64,000 bases of DNA, taken from Tricharina praecox (lineage: Eukaryota). Shown in pieces: positions 36,471-53,795 of this stretch. Under the pieces are notes generated by a model that was not told the DNA's origin, did not search any database, and was given only the letters and a program-made list of their open reading frames with translations. Position 1 is the stretch's first letter. Each line of letters opens with the position of its first letter. The stretch spans positions 310,001 through 374,000 of the forward strand of contig NW_026250409.1 of NCBI RefSeq assembly GCF_024521635.1, read 5' to 3'. Position numbers and translations under genes: made by a program.

Positions 36471-38031
36471 ATGGCCACTCCCGATAAGAAACGCAAGCGG
36501 GACTCCGCTGCTGCGGAATCAACTCACCAGATTAAACTTGTCAATGCTGAGGCATCCGACCTTCCTCCCATCGCTGGTTCACCCCCCGCCCTCCTCCGTC
36601 GCCCGCCGTAGCTAACTACCGTCCGGATCCTTAGCCACCACGGTCGGCGTAGCGCTCCCTCCCTTACCATTCGAGCCCTATACTCGTCCTTCTCCCTACG
36701 ATACCACCAAAAAGAAGCGCGCGCGCCCCGAATACCTCCTCCACGGATCCAACCCGCGGCTCGACTACGAAGGCCGCGAAGTGCCCGAAGACTCGCAGTA
36801 CCACCGCTACTACGTCGGCATCTTCGACCCGGCCACAAACAGCGTGTCCCTGCACCTCGCGCCCAAAGTCCACGTCACATCTGCGATCCGTGCCCACCGC
36901 CAGCGCGATGTTGAAGTCCTCGCGAAGGGCTCGCAGTTCACCTACGCCGAGAGCAAGGTTGCGCTTGGAAAGGCCTTCGGAACGCGAAAGGCACAGAGCG
37001 CCCTCACCAGTAGGGAGATAAATAAGGTCGATGCGACGGATATGGATCAGTCCGTTAGCAATGCGATCATCGAGCAGGTCGAGGAGAATACCATGAATAT
37101 GCCCACCACCGAGGAGCTGGGCAGGAGCATGCAGGATGAGAGACCCGTTCCGAAGCATAATGCGGCTGCTAGCAGGGTAGACGAGGTTTATGCGCGTGAG
37201 GATATCATCTCTGAGGAGGAGTGGAACAGTATCTGGGTTAGCGACTGGGTCAAGAATGGGGCTGTCAATACGTATGTCGCTCCTCTTCTTGTTTGGGTCG
37301 ATGGGAGAGAGAGAGGGCTAATCGATCGACAGGAAATCGACGCATGTCAACAAGCGTGCTATGCAGTTGATACAGGGTTCGGCGAAGGGCAACACCCGCG
37401 AGCTGAAGATGTTGAAGTACATTGCATCTTTGATCGACTTCTACCTTTTCCAGCAGAAGGGCCGTGGACGAGTACCTCCTCCGTCACGGGCGAAGACCGC
37501 GTTCAGCGCTGGCAATCCCACACTCGTTGAGAGCTTCTACAACAAGTTCACGGAAACCACGAGCGGGCAGGTTAAGAAGGATGAGCAGGGAAAGGTCAGG
37601 GACAATGGCGACAGGTGGGTTCTTCTTTGCGTTCTTCGCCCCGGGGACTGAGAGCGAAAGCTAATGGTCATGCAGATATGTGGTATCGCCGCGATTGGAG
37701 CAGAAGGTCCTTTACTATCTGGCTGTACTATGCTTGATGGTGGATAAGTTCGACGTGGACATCTACGACCTGAAGCACGATCTGAATATCCTGCCCAAGG
37801 AGTGCGTATTCCTCGTCCTGGAAGTATGAGCGGAACACTGACAAGAGAAACAGATTGGCCCAAGCCTTCAAGGAGGTTGGATGTTCCATTAGAGACATCG
37901 GAAAGTCCCAGTTGGCGACAAGCAAGATGACCAAGGCCGAGGCAGCACAACATAAGAGGGCAGTTCTCAAGATTCCCCTGGAGTTCCCTCCACCACCAAG
38001 AAAGAGGACTGCTGCTGGCGGTAGAAGGTGA
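36471..38031 (+). CDS. RPA49: RNA polymerase I subunit A49/PAF53; introns 36577-36634, 37272-37332, 37615-37675, 37802-37853
   Basis: YLLHG..RLDYEGRE, YYVGIFDPAT, LGKAFGTRKAQSAL, RPVPKHN, VYAREDII, DLKHDL, FKEVGC and AVLKIPLEFP. Confidence 0.9.
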
Positions 38032-38337
38032 GGGGGAGGCTAGAGAAGTGTGATTTCAGCCAGGGTTTGGGGCAATCACGCTTGCTGTATATAACGACGG
38101 ACGGGACGATCAGAAAATAATATGGAACAAGCATTTACTAGAAACGCTCCAGAAAAAAACACCACGCATCGCATGTACCCAGCGTAACCTAGCGTAACCC
38201 AGTAAAAGTAAAGTAAAAGAGTACATAAACGTCAAGGAAATCAGAACTGTCCGGCCTTTATAAAAATATGCCGCCAATCACAACCCTCCGATCCCATCAT
38301 ACACACATTAGAGGTGTCCAACACCGGGGAGGCAACC

Positions 38338-38943
38338 CTATTTTCTCTCCAGCATAGCTTCAACCTCCTTGAGCAAATTCCTCAGATCTCCATCATCTCC
38401 AAACTCCAATCCAAATGCCAACGCCTGCTTCGCCTCTTCGAGCCGTCCCATCTCCTTCAGCGCCCTCGCCTTCCTCCAATGTGCCTTCGGGTTCTGCGCG
38501 CGCTTGAAGTCGACACTCAGATTCGCATCCGCCAGGGCCTCAGGCCAGTTATTGGCGCTCATATGTGCCTGGGCCCTGTTTGCGAACAAGACCTGAGCCT
38601 CCTCCTTCAGCAGCGGCGCGGGTTCCCACGACGGACGGGACATCGCCATGGAGATGGCGTGGCTGTAGAGGTGGATCGCCTCCTGGTAGTTGCCCTTGCG
38701 GAAGGCCAGGTTGCCGCTGTTGCGCATTTTCTCGATTGCGGCGGAGCGCTGGGGCGGGACCGGCACCGGCGGCGGAGGTACGCCCCCGGGTGGCGCCTGC
38801 GTCGCCAAAGTCCGGTGCAGGTTGTTGAGCGCTTCGAGGTGCGCGTGCAGCTCTGCGTTGTGCTTCATCGGCGTGCTGATCGTTTGCGTCTCGTTGTCGA
38901 CGGTCAGAGGGAGCTGCGTGTAGACGTCGATTGCGGAGGCCAT
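38338..38943 (-). CDS. SEC72: Sec63 complex TPR subunit Sec72
   Basis: YTQLPL..LNNLHRTL..VPPPPVPVPPQRSAAIEKMRNSGN..RPSWEP..LFANRAQAHM..KAHWRK. Confidence 0.9.
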   Translation of the reverse strand: MASAIDVYTQLPLTVDNETQTISTPMKHNAELHAHLEALNNLHRTLATQAPPGGVPPPPVPVPPQRSAAIEKMRNSGNLAFRKGNYQEAIHLYSHAISMAMSRPSWEPAPLLKEEAQVLFANRAQAHMSANNWPEALADANLSVDFKRAQNPKAHWRKARALKEMGRLEEAKQALAFGLEFGDDGDLRNLLKEVEAMLERK

Positions 38944-39265
38944 GGTTGCGGCTGTGCGGGACGTGTATATGGGTAGATGAGTGAACGTGGTGGTGGTGGT
39001 GGTGATGTGCGGGAGAAGGTTAAAAGAACGGAAAGAGAGACTTGAGAGCTTCAGCTTGGGAGAAGTTGAGGACAGGTGGTTGACACAAGTGCCAACCCCC
39101 TGTCGGTTGTGTGGCGCTAGAAGTGCTAATAGCCACAGATCTATGATATGTAGCACAGCAAGTCGGCCTTTTAACGATTCAGGTCCGGAACCTTACCCTG
39201 GATACCTTGGATCTCTAACAACACCGTCGGCTCGAGATCACCATACACTCTACGATACACACACT

Positions 39266-40721
39266 ATGGCTTCACCAGTCCCAACCTCGTCAAATGCGCT
39301 TATTAGGCGCTCCACGGAGACAGACCTCATGCCACCACCACCTCCACTGAAGCGGATCAAGCGGCCGGCGCAGGTGCTCGACGAAGATAGCTACACTGAG
39401 GCGCTTGTATGCTCCCTCCCACCCCTCTTCCTCCGCCCCGCCCCTCGGGCACCGGCTAACAGCTCTATAGTCCGAGATCATAGCTCGCGACTTCTTCCCG
39501 GGCCTCCTAGAAACCAAGCACCAGCAAGAGTACCTCGACGCGCTCGACTCGCACGATCAAGCGTGGATCGCCGAAGCGTCGCGTAGGCTCACCGAGGTGA
39601 TGAACACACCGCAGCACCGACGACGAGGGACGTCCTTCGCTACTCCACGGTTCCGGGAGCGGTCAGCTACGCCGGCAATGGTCGCGACACCGCGGACAGG
39701 CGGCGAGGAGGAGGAAGTGGAGGAGAGGAAGAAGCCGAAGATGGATACTACGCTCTCGTTGGACGCCTTCCAGAGCAAGTATACGTCAGAGGACAACGCG
39801 TCGTTCAATACCCTTTTGGATAAGCAAAACGAGAAGCGGCGGAATGCGTATTCATTCCTGTGGAACGGGAATCATATGGTGGGATTTAGGACAAAGGCGC
39901 ATCAGAAGCGGCTGAAGGCGCAGGAGGAGGAGAGAGAAAGGACTGGCGAGCAGAAACTTATCGTTGCGCCAGATGAGCGCCCGGCGGTCCCGAATACGTG
40001 GAAGGCGGAACCGCGGAATGGGCTCATGTTCACTCCGGACCAGTCCCCTCCCCCGCCGGAGAAGAGTGAGCGCGAGAGGGAGCTCCCACCAAAATCAGTG
40101 GTGTATGCGAACACACGGATGCCGCCGCCCGGCGCAGCGCCCCAGGAACGTGCATCATCTCCAACGCCATCCGCAATCTCAGATGCGATCGCGGGAAGAC
40201 CCCGTCCTCTGGAATCGGAAGCGGACTTTGGTTTCCGGAGTGTAGAGACACCCCGTGTAAACGGCTACAGCTTTGTCGACTCAGCGCCATCACCCTCACC
40301 AGCCTCCCTGGGCGCGCCACCTCTCACGTGGGGTGCCGTCGCCGCCATCTCCGACACCACGCCCGCACCCTCTCCATTCAAGATCGCCGCCACCCCGAAA
40401 CGGGAACTACTCCACCACCGCATGGTCGAAAAGGTCGCCAAGGGCAAGCGCGTCGCGAATCCATCCACAACCATTCCCGCAGCGTCGCCGAGGATGACGC
40501 CGCTGGGCGGTGCGGGCAGGGGGAGAGAGATCCCGAAATTCGGCAGTAGTCCTGCTATGACGCCTGCGGGACAGAGGCTGTGGGGGAATCTTACGGAGCG
40601 GAAGGGAACGGGGTTGAGGGAGAGTATTCTGGGGAAGGGCGGGAGAGCGGCTGCGACGCCGGCGATGGGCGGGAGTGCAAAGCCATTCCGGTGGGATCCC
40701 ACGCCTAGAGCTTCGAAGTAG
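39266..40721 (+). CDS. Splicing factor Ess2/DGCR14 (nuclear protein Es2); intron 39407-39470
   Basis: KRIKRPAQVLDEDSYTEAL|SEIIARDFFPGL, LSLDAFQSKYTSEDNASFN, RNGLMF, TPRVNGYSFV and PPLTWG. Confidence 0.92.
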
Positions 40722-40967
40722 CGTTGTCGTTTGCGTGTGATTTGGTATATGCGATGTGGTTTTTGGATGGCGTTAATTTGTATTTTACTGGAGATGGCAT
40801 TACGGTACTTGCCTCGTTTGCGGCGGATAAGGCTGTAGATAATTTGATAGAGACCTTCAAGGGTGGTCACTAGAAGTTTAACTAGAGCGGTAGACTAGGT
40901 ATATAGCGGCGAATTCCGCTGCAGGGTGTCCAACATGACGCACGACCTTAACTTCACCTCTTTTCCC

Positions 40968-41012
40968 CCACGCCTCCCACCACGCCTCCCACCACGCCTC
41001 CCACCACGCCTC
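40968..41012. repeat. 12-bp tandem repeat CCACGCCTCCCA x~4 just upstream of the RBA50 ATG
   Basis: Directly visible. Confidence 0.85.
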
Positions 41013-41039
41013 CGTGCACTACAACCACTATACATCGCA

Positions 41040-42311
41040 ATGAACATCCCCGGCGAACGCTTCTCAATCGAGGACCTCCTCGCCTCCGACGACGAGGACC
41101 ACGACCTCCCGCCCGCGCCACCACTAGAAAACTTCATCAAAGACATTATCGAGCAGCCGACGACCAGCGCACCCACGGCACCCGTCGCGCCCTCTCTCTC
41201 CAACAAGACCGGGTTCCCGGAGCACAGAAAGCGGATCCCAAAGAACGCATCGCGGTTCCGGCAGCAGCGCGAGCAAACCCAGCAGCCACAGCAGCCGCAG
41301 CAGAAAACGGAGAGGCAGCAGATCAGTGATGATAATGAGGCGCGGCTGGCTCGGATGAAGCCTGAGGAGATCGAGGAGGAGCGTAGGGAGTTGCTGGAGA
41401 AATATAGTCCGGGCCTGATAGAGACGCTGTTGAAGAGGGCTAGGGTGGAGGATCCGGGGTTTGAAATCAAACGGAAGGGGAGGACAGAGGTTACTAGGGA
41501 CGTAGTGAAGGAGGAGGAGGAGAATGTGGTAGAGGAGGAGACGCTGGGGAAAGAGGAAGAGCCACGGAAGGTGGTGGGTATCCGTCCAGATCCCATACCG
41601 AAGCCGTACAAGCGACCTACAGTCACCGAGGATGACGCCAACGAGACCTACCGCGACCCAACGTACGATCCCGACGACGCTGCACCTCCCGTCTACGACC
41701 CAGCTCTCTTCCCCCCAAAGGGGTCTTACCACTTCCCTCGCGCGCCCCAGGCCGACACAGAAACGTTGGACCCAACCTCCCCCGACTTCCTGCAATCCCT
41801 CCACACCAAATACTTCCCGGACCTCCCCTCAGATCCCAGTAAGCTCGCATGGATGGCGCCTCCCTCGGAGAACGAGGATCTCACCTACCACCCATCGCAG
41901 AACGAGCTCGTGCCCTCGGCCCTCCGGTTCGATTTCAAAGGCGAGCTGTTGCCACCACGGAAGGCGCGGGAGCTACCTGGACACCTCGGACTGCACCACC
42001 ACGCGGACGCACCGAATGCTGCGGGCTACACCATTCCCGAGCTTGCGAGGCTGGCTAGGAGTACCTTCCCGACGCAGCGCTGTGTCGCGATGCAGACCCT
42101 CGGAAGAGTCATGTTTAAACTTGGCACTGGCGTGTACAAGAACTCGGAGATCGAGAATGGTCTCTGGAGGTGTATTGAGGAGGGTAGGGTGCTGGCGGGA
42201 CTGGAGGAGGCGGTGAATATGAAGGGGGGCCATTTGAGTGTCAAGGCGCATGCGACAGATGCGTTGTGGCTTTGGCAGAAAGGAGGGGGAAAGAGGATGA
42301 AGGCCGAGTAG
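41040..42311 (+). CDS. RBA50: RNA polymerase II-associated protein Rba50/RPAP1
   Basis: TGFPEHRKR, ISDDNEARLARMKPEEIEEERRELL, LHTKYFPDLP..KLAWM, LRFDFKG, GLHHHADAPNAAGYTIPELARLARST. Confidence 0.92.
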   Translation: MNIPGERFSIEDLLASDDEDHDLPPAPPLENFIKDIIEQPTTSAPTAPVAPSLSNKTGFPEHRKRIPKNASRFRQQREQTQQPQQPQQKTERQQISDDNEARLARMKPEEIEEERRELLEKYSPGLIETLLKRARVEDPGFEIKRKGRTEVTRDVVKEEEENVVEEETLGKEEEPRKVVGIRPDPIPKPYKRPTVTEDDANETYRDPTYDPDDAAPPVYDPALFPPKGSYHFPRAPQADTETLDPTSPDFLQSLHTKYFPDLPSDPSKLAWMAPPSENEDLTYHPSQNELVPSALRFDFKGELLPPRKARELPGHLGLHHHADAPNAAGYTIPELARLARSTFPTQRCVAMQTLGRVMFKLGTGVYKNSEIENGLWRCIEEGRVLAGLEEAVNMKGGHLSVKAHATDALWLWQKGGGKRMKAE

Positions 42312-42689
42312 TGGGGAGATGCTTGGGGGGTTTCTGTTTGATCATCAAGTGCATGTGACTCGTTTAGATCATAGCAATGTACACAGATGCTCGAGGTTTA
42401 AGCTCATACGAAACAATGACACTCTAAGCCGAGTGATGAATCGATGTTGCCGCATCAGTTGCTACTTAGTAGATAACGAAGAATTCTCCAAATTTTCCGT
42501 GATTCCAAGTCCCCAAAGAAGCTGTAGAATCACTTGGAATGACCCTGCACGACGTCTGATCCCACATCCCATCACGCATACGACGATAACCCAATGCTTT
42601 TCATACTGTACAACACTAGTACCAACTACACCAAGTATCCTACACCGCCCGGGCACGCCAACACAAATGTCTGATTGAAGGGCATCCCT

Positions 42690-43202
42690 TTACTCCACCC
42701 GAATCCACCCCTTCCAAGCGTTCATCTTAGTGCCTAACCAGCTCCTTTCAGGAGCTGCATCGAGCTCCCGCATGAGCTTGTCGTAGTAGTCCGGATTCCC
42801 CTTCGGCTTCAGCATATTCTCAGCGAGCGGGTACTATATTTCCATGTTGTATCATCAGCGCAATCCCACTCCCCCCTCCCCCCTCCCCCCTCCCCCTGTG
42901 TTTTCGCATCAACTCACCTGCTTCATAAACCGATCCTCGAGCAATCCCGCAAGGGCGTTTATCTCGCGCTTTACGGTGACGGCATCGAACTTCTCCGCTT
43001 GCGGGTGCGGAGTTGACGGCGCAGTGACCGCATTGGTATTCTGCGACGGCAGGGTGGAGTCCGGGTCCGCGTGCGTGCCGAAGTAGTGCGTGACGCGGGC
43101 GCGCAGCGCTGTTGAGAAGTTCAGGCTGGGACGCAATGGGTCGATCGGCCACCGCGCGATGATCGCACAGTATTGCTTGTAGAGGAGGGGTTGGAGGGAC
43201 AT
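42690..43202 (-). CDS. Mitochondrial cytochrome b assembly factor Cbp6/UQCC2-like; intron 42834-42917
   Basis: ARWPIDPLRP..EINALAGLLEDRFMKQ|YPLAENMLKPKGNPDYYDKLMRELDAAPERSW..WKGWIRVE*. Confidence 0.8.
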
Positions 43203-43862
43203 TGTGAGTGGGTGTTGGGTGCGGGGAGAGGGAGGGAGGTGGTGGTGATGAAGGTGGGACTGGGGACGGTGGGGTGGTGGGGGAATGCAATGGTGAGGTC
43301 ATCCTGGGAAAGTTTGGCGAGCGGTTCGCTACCATTCATTTGCCCTACTGGCTGGATCACTCGGAGTTGGGTACTGGTTGTACTACACCAAAATTCATCA
43401 GATGGCGCTGCAGATTCAATCGCAACTACGCAACCTATTGGCTGTACGGCATTTGTTCCCTGGAAAAAATAATGTTGTGATATTTAAGGGATGAAGAACT
43501 CGGTAGTCCTGCAACTTCGGTATCATTTAGATAAGGCCCAGGTACTTGTCACTTTTCGCTGATCGACAGCTGGACAATGGTTCGCGTGATGGGCGGAGGG
43601 GAGGGATCACCATAAAGCGATTGTGTCAGTTGAGTTGAGTAGAGAGAATTGAACGAGCAGAAACAAAGTACATACAACCGAACCCATCCCACCCACAATT
43701 GCAAATTGCAATGTCCGCAAGTACATACGCAACAAAACGAACCAGATCCCAGAGAGTACCGTAGATATGCCCAAGTGAAAAGCTCGCAAGAAAAAAAGGT
43801 ATAGACAACAGAACAGTGAAACCAAACTCCCCCACAAATACCGAAACAAGCCCATCCATCCA

Positions 43863-49062
<5,200 letters not shown>

Positions 49063-50028
49063 GCTGTGATGGTAGGAGCGTTGGTCGCTATGGAAGAGGA
49101 GGAGAGTGGGTAGATAGGTAGTGTTGTCGGTCTTCACGAAGAATGCGGCAGTGGCGTCGGTCTCTACGGAGAAAGAGATGGAACGAGATGGCAAAGATAA
49201 TTCTCTTCTGCTATCTGATACGCTTTCGCGGTCCTTGCCTTTAGTGTGTCGCGATACGTGGTACGAGGTAGGTACGAGCGTGGTCCTGATACGTGCGAGG
49301 GTTCAAGGGTTCAAAGTGTCGTGCGGATTTCTTGATAGCTATGATGACAGAGAAGGTGAATCTTTGGTAGGCGCAATAGCAGCATCTCAAGCCGCAGCTT
49401 CAGAAGCGGCGGACGGACATGTGGACTGGAGATTGGTTCGGGTGTTTTTGGTGTTGAGGAGGAGGAGGCGATATGACTCCTCTGTGGTTGGTGGTGAAGA
49501 TAGGGTGGGTTATCAAGTGATGGGGGGTGGTTAGGGATTGGCCGTTTGGCTTTTGGGCGCTGGGCCGTTGGGCGTTGGGCTGGGGGTGGCACGCCTAGCG
49601 GGATACGAGCATCGAGGGGCATCTCACGTGCTTTTGTGCCACGGTTGGTGGGAGGGCAGTCTTCAGGCTGCATCTGGGCCGGATCTAGTCGTGAAGAAGC
49701 TTAGTTTGCGCCGAACAAGCAAAATATTACGCGCGGGCTCACGCTGCCCGCTGTGCTGCAGAATGCGGTTGCCGCCAAGACCCGGTCGTGTTGACAAGGT
49801 AAACAACAGCCATCCAGTCTTGAACATTGTTGTGTGTCCGGCTGTACCATCAGGCGTGAATCAACTTCGTTGTCGCGTCGCCACAACTCCAGCAAATCCA
49901 GAGAACCATACCGATCCTACCACCGTCGAACAGTCCCGCTGAGAACAAAGACACCACCGAGCAACAGACGGAACGGATCTCTACTTCTGATACCCCGTGT
50001 CTTTTTGTCCCCCGAAACGACAATCGCC

Positions 50029-52671
50029 ATGCTCAACTGGCTCACCGGAGGAGTCGTTGGAGCACCCGGGGGATATGCAGCTGCTACGGGAAACCAGAAT
50101 CAGGCGCTGGAGCACGAACGGCCACAGACACCGCCGCCTGTGGCGTTCGAAGGTAATCCGCGTCCTACGCCCCCTTACGACTCGACTGACGTCCTTGCAG
50201 AATATGACGACCCTATGCAACCCCCCCAGACTCCCGCTGCTTTGTTCGCCGTCAAGGCCTTCCGAACAGCAATCTTTGGCACGCCGGCTCCAAAGCCCCC
50301 CCGGTTCGTACGAGCACCCCAGCCCACGGAGCCAGAACAGCCACACTTCACTCCGGTAGAGGATAACCCCACAACCGACAACAATCTGCCCGTTCCTGAG
50401 CCGACGAAAGCGGACAGGAAGGTGGAAGATAAGCCTTTTCTACCGCGGAGACGAGAGTCTAAGAGACCGGACAAACGCTCGGAAGAGAAGGAGGAACCCA
50501 GACCAACGCGGAGGCAAAAGCTTACATTCCAGGACGATGCTGAGACAATATTCGATGCTCCCGCATCAGGCCCGTTCAAGGTGGCAGCTCATAATGTCAA
50601 CATATTCGACTCTGATTCTTCGAAACCCGCTGAGCTCCCCACATATCTGGCACAGGGGACCCCCGCACGTTCTGCCTCGCCCACCAAAGGCATCCTGATG
50701 ACTCCCGGGATTGCCGTCCGCCAGCGGAAGGCCGTGACCTTCGATCCCGCGACAAAAGCTGAGGATGTCAAGTCCAAGAACACTCGTGTCAGATCCGGTC
50801 TTCCGCTTGACTTTCCCGGAAAGTTCCCGAGTCCCTGGACCCCTAAGAGTGGTGCGCCTCGTCACTCCGGTTCTCTGGAGGAAACGTCGCTTCCGATAGG
50901 ATCGGTGCCCAAGAAACGCGGGGTCCAGTTCGAAGTCACCGAGTCCTCGCGGATCGAAGACCTCCTCAACGAATCCGACGACGACCACGAGATGGCGATT
51001 CTGCACGACCGCGATCTCACCACGGACATGAGTGCGCCCAAGTCCGCATCCGGCCAGTACTGGAAGGAGCATGCCGAGCACCTCGAAGGGATGGCGTTGA
51101 CAAAGGTCGACAAGCTCCGAGAGCGTTGTGGCCTTGCGATCGACTATGCCAAACGCAAGGACGAGTACTGCGTTAACCTCGGCGAGAAGCTGCGCGAATA
51201 TGTCGACAAAAATAAACTCTTGAAGGCCGAAGTCAAGCGTCTCCAGGGGGTTTCGCAGTTCTCTTCCACACCCGAGGGCGCTGCACTGGCCGATGCCATG
51301 CACCTGCTCGCCGAAAAAGAGGCCGTCATCTCGGCTCGCGAATCCGATCTGGCGCGGATGCAGACACTCAACGAGCAGTACGAAGCTAGACTGAAGACAT
51401 TTGAGGATCTGCTCGACAATCGCGAAGACAAGATTACAGAGCTATCAATGACTTTGCTTTCTGGCGAGAGCGCCTTCGACGAGGAAGACTCGGAGCAGGT
51501 CAAGGAATTGAAGCAGAAGCTCCGCAAGGCCAGATTCGAAGTCAAGGAACTCGGACCTCTCCGGATCGAGTGCAGGAACTTCAAGTCGCGCATCTCGATC
51601 CTCGAGAGAGAGAAGGAGAACCTCGAGGCACAGCTGGAGAGAATGAAGTCCATCGGTGACGAGTCGGTTGCCAACCGCTCTACGGCCGCTCGGACCAGCA
51701 ATGAGGCACGCATGCGGGCTCGCATCGACGAGCTCGAGAAGGATAAGCGCGACATCAAGGCCGAGATGAGGAGCAAGGCTGCCGAACAGTCTAAGGAGCG
51801 TCGCGAGGCCGAGAAGGCTCTGCGTGCGGAAATCACCGAACTCAGGTCCAAAGTGATGAGCGAGGAACTGGACAAGAAGGAGCTCGTCCACGAAGCCGAG
51901 CGGCTACGCGACATGGTCAGTTCGCTGGAACGGGAGCTGGTCAAGGCAAAAGCCCGCAAGGCATCCGACGCCCAGTTCAGCGTCACCGGCTCCGACCACG
52001 ACGAGTGGCAGAAGAAGCACCGCGCCACGACCCAGGAGCTCCGACAGGCAAAGGAGGAGATCGCCACGTTGCTCCAGCAGCTCGACCACCCTTCCAAGAA
52101 GGAAGACGAAGCGCCCCTACGTCTCCGCCGCCCCTCCGCCCAGCTCCGCTCCGAAGCCAAGGAGCACCAGCAGAAGTCTACGACACCGCCACAGAAGCAC
52201 GGCGAGATGGTCACCAGCAAAGAAGCCTCCCCCAGCGACGACTCCGCCGTCGACCGCAGCTACGATCGCAAGCCGTCGACGGCCAGCCACGCATCGCCGC
52301 GCACTCACGCCTCGCCGCGCAAGTCCGCGCCGCCACTCTTCGACCTCGACGCGATCATCTCCCGCTCCCACGAGCCCACTGCCGCCGCCGACTCAGCGCT
52401 GTTCCCGACGACGCCCAGCAAGCCCGCCGACTCGCGCCCGGCCGACTTCGCCGACAACTTCGCGAGCCAGCGACGACAGCACGCCAGTCCCCGCCCCAGC
52501 GTTGTCAACTTCGAAATGACCCCGCCCACTGCTAGGAGACGCGCCTTCGCCGTCACTAAGAAGTCGGCTAAGACGGAGGGAATGGACCCTGCCCGTCGTG
52601 CGGCTGCTGAGCGAAGGATTGCGGAGAGGAAGGCCAAGAGGGTCGCGGAACGGATGGGTGCTAAGGCGTAG
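50029..52671 (+). CDS. Spindle pole body Cut12-domain coiled-coil protein (~880 aa)
   Basis: PQTPAALFAVKAFRTAIFGTP, KGILMTPG..RKAVTF and RSGLPLDFPGKFPSPW, followed by a long coiled coil. Start placed at MLNW in an ATG context. Confidence 0.85.
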   Translation: MLNWLTGGVVGAPGGYAAATGNQNQALEHERPQTPPPVAFEGNPRPTPPYDSTDVLAEYDDPMQPPQTPAALFAVKAFRTAIFGTPAPKPPRFVRAPQPTEPEQPHFTPVEDNPTTDNNLPVPEPTKADRKVEDKPFLPRRRESKRPDKRSEEKEEPRPTRRQKLTFQDDAETIFDAPASGPFKVAAHNVNIFDSDSSKPAELPTYLAQGTPARSASPTKGILMTPGIAVRQRKAVTFDPATKAEDVKSKNTRVRSGLPLDFPGKFPSPWTPKSGAPRHSGSLEETSLPIGSVPKKRGVQFEVTESSRIEDLLNESDDDHEMAILHDRDLTTDMSAPKSASGQYWKEHAEHLEGMALTKVDKLRERCGLAIDYAKRKDEYCVNLGEKLREYVDKNKLLKAEVKRLQGVSQFSSTPEGAALADAMHLLAEKEAVISARESDLARMQTLNEQYEARLKTFEDLLDNREDKITELSMTLLSGESAFDEEDSEQVKELKQKLRKARFEVKELGPLRIECRNFKSRISILEREKENLEAQLERMKSIGDESVANRSTAARTSNEARMRARIDELEKDKRDIKAEMRSKAAEQSKERREAEKALRAEITELRSKVMSEELDKKELVHEAERLRDMVSSLERELVKAKARKASDAQFSVTGSDHDEWQKKHRATTQELRQAKEEIATLLQQLDHPSKKEDEAPLRLRRPSAQLRSEAKEHQQKSTTPPQKHGEMVTSKEASPSDDSAVDRSYDRKPSTASHASPRTHASPRKSAPPLFDLDAIISRSHEPTAAADSALFPTTPSKPADSRPADFADNFASQRRQHASPRPSVVNFEMTPPTARRRAFAVTKKSAKTEGMDPARRAAAERRIAERKAKRVAERMGAKA

Positions 52672-53226
52672 TTTTTTTTAATTTTTTTTTCGCTGTAGGA
52701 TATTGACTGGCTTTGGCATTCGTTTCTGTCCTACTCGTTTTGTTTTGTTTTGTGCTCTGTTCGGGGCGTAACATTGTCTGCTTTACACATACCGTTTGTT
52801 TTTTCTTCTTTTTCTTTCTTGTTTTTTTACTTGTAAATTTTGGGAGCATTTCGGCGCGTGGGGTGGGTTTCTTTTGGTATGCTCTTTTTCTCTTCTTTTT
52901 CTTTTGGTTCACTCCACTTAAGTTTCGCCCCATTCGTTTATACTATATATCGCAGCGGCATCGGCCAGCGGCAGCGGAAAGCAGATTGCTGTGGGGGTTG
53001 ATATAATTACTTCCCCCATTTACTATTTTCGTTCGTTCACTGTGCATTGTACCATTGAGTTGATTGATTGAGTTGAGTGATGTATGTCCTCTATCGTAGG
53101 AAGTATCCGAAGAATCAACAGCAGAGCAGAGCCATGTGATATCACTCATCCCCCCCTCTTATCCCCAATCCCCCCCCCCCTCCTTATCCCCCATATCCCC
53201 ATTTCCCCATAATCCCTCGTCCCCCT

Positions 53227-53708
53227 TCAGTCATCCCCATCCCCCACCCCCAGTTCCTTTTTAACAACCCCGACCGCCACCCCCCTGGCCTCAGCGACCA
53301 AGCTTAGAAGCCCCATAGCAACATCCTTCACCTCGTTATACTCGTGCAGCAGGTGGATGTGCCGCTTCACCGTGTCCTCGCCGTTGAGGGCGGGGTTACG
53401 GAGTTGCGCGCGCGAGGTGGTCAGGGTAGTCTGGAGGGTGGCGAGGGTCGTGGTGAGGTGGGAGTTTTGGGAGGTTAGTGCTGCCTACGGGGGGGTTAAT
53501 GGATGGGGACTGGGGGGGTATTGAGGGGGAGGGGGATTGAGAAGGGGGGGGGGGGATAACGAAGGGGGTGGGGAAGAGGTACCAGTTTTTTGTCGCGTGG
53601 TGTTAACGGTGCTGGTGGGGGTGGTGCTGCTTCTGCTGGTGGTGGGGAGTGGGAGCGGGTGGGGGAGGCCGGGGATGGGGATTTGGCGGGGAGCGAGGGG
53701 GTGGACAT
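53227..53708 (-). CDS. swi5: Recombination mediator Swi5/Sae3; intron 53485-53582
   Basis: Exon 2 encodes EDTVKRHIHLLHEYNEVKDVAMGLLSLVAEARGVAVGVVKKELGVGDGDD*, the Swi5/Sae3 signature. Confidence 0.92.
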
Positions 53709-53727
53709 TGGCGTTGTTGTGATGGTA

Positions 53728-53795
53728 GTGGTTTTGGTGGTGGTTGTGGTGGTTGTGGTGGTTGTGGTTGTGGTTGTGGTTGTGGTTGTTGTTGT
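53728..53795. repeat. (GTG/GTT)n and (GTTGTG)n microsatellite upstream of swi5
   Basis: Directly visible. Confidence 0.9.

Noticed and set aside
43350..43500. GGATCACTCGG and GATGAAGAAC resembling 5.8S rRNA fragments
   Set aside because: Only 10-11 nt matches at the wrong spacing, with no flanking rDNA similarity.
49834..50028. N-terminal extension of the 945-aa ORF
   Set aside because: It starts at a non-ATG codon. The family-like sequence begins at ATG 50029, so this is likely 5'UTR.
50566..52220. Minus-strand ORFs of 245 and 358 aa
   Set aside because: Antisense shadows of the Cut12-domain coiled-coil gene.
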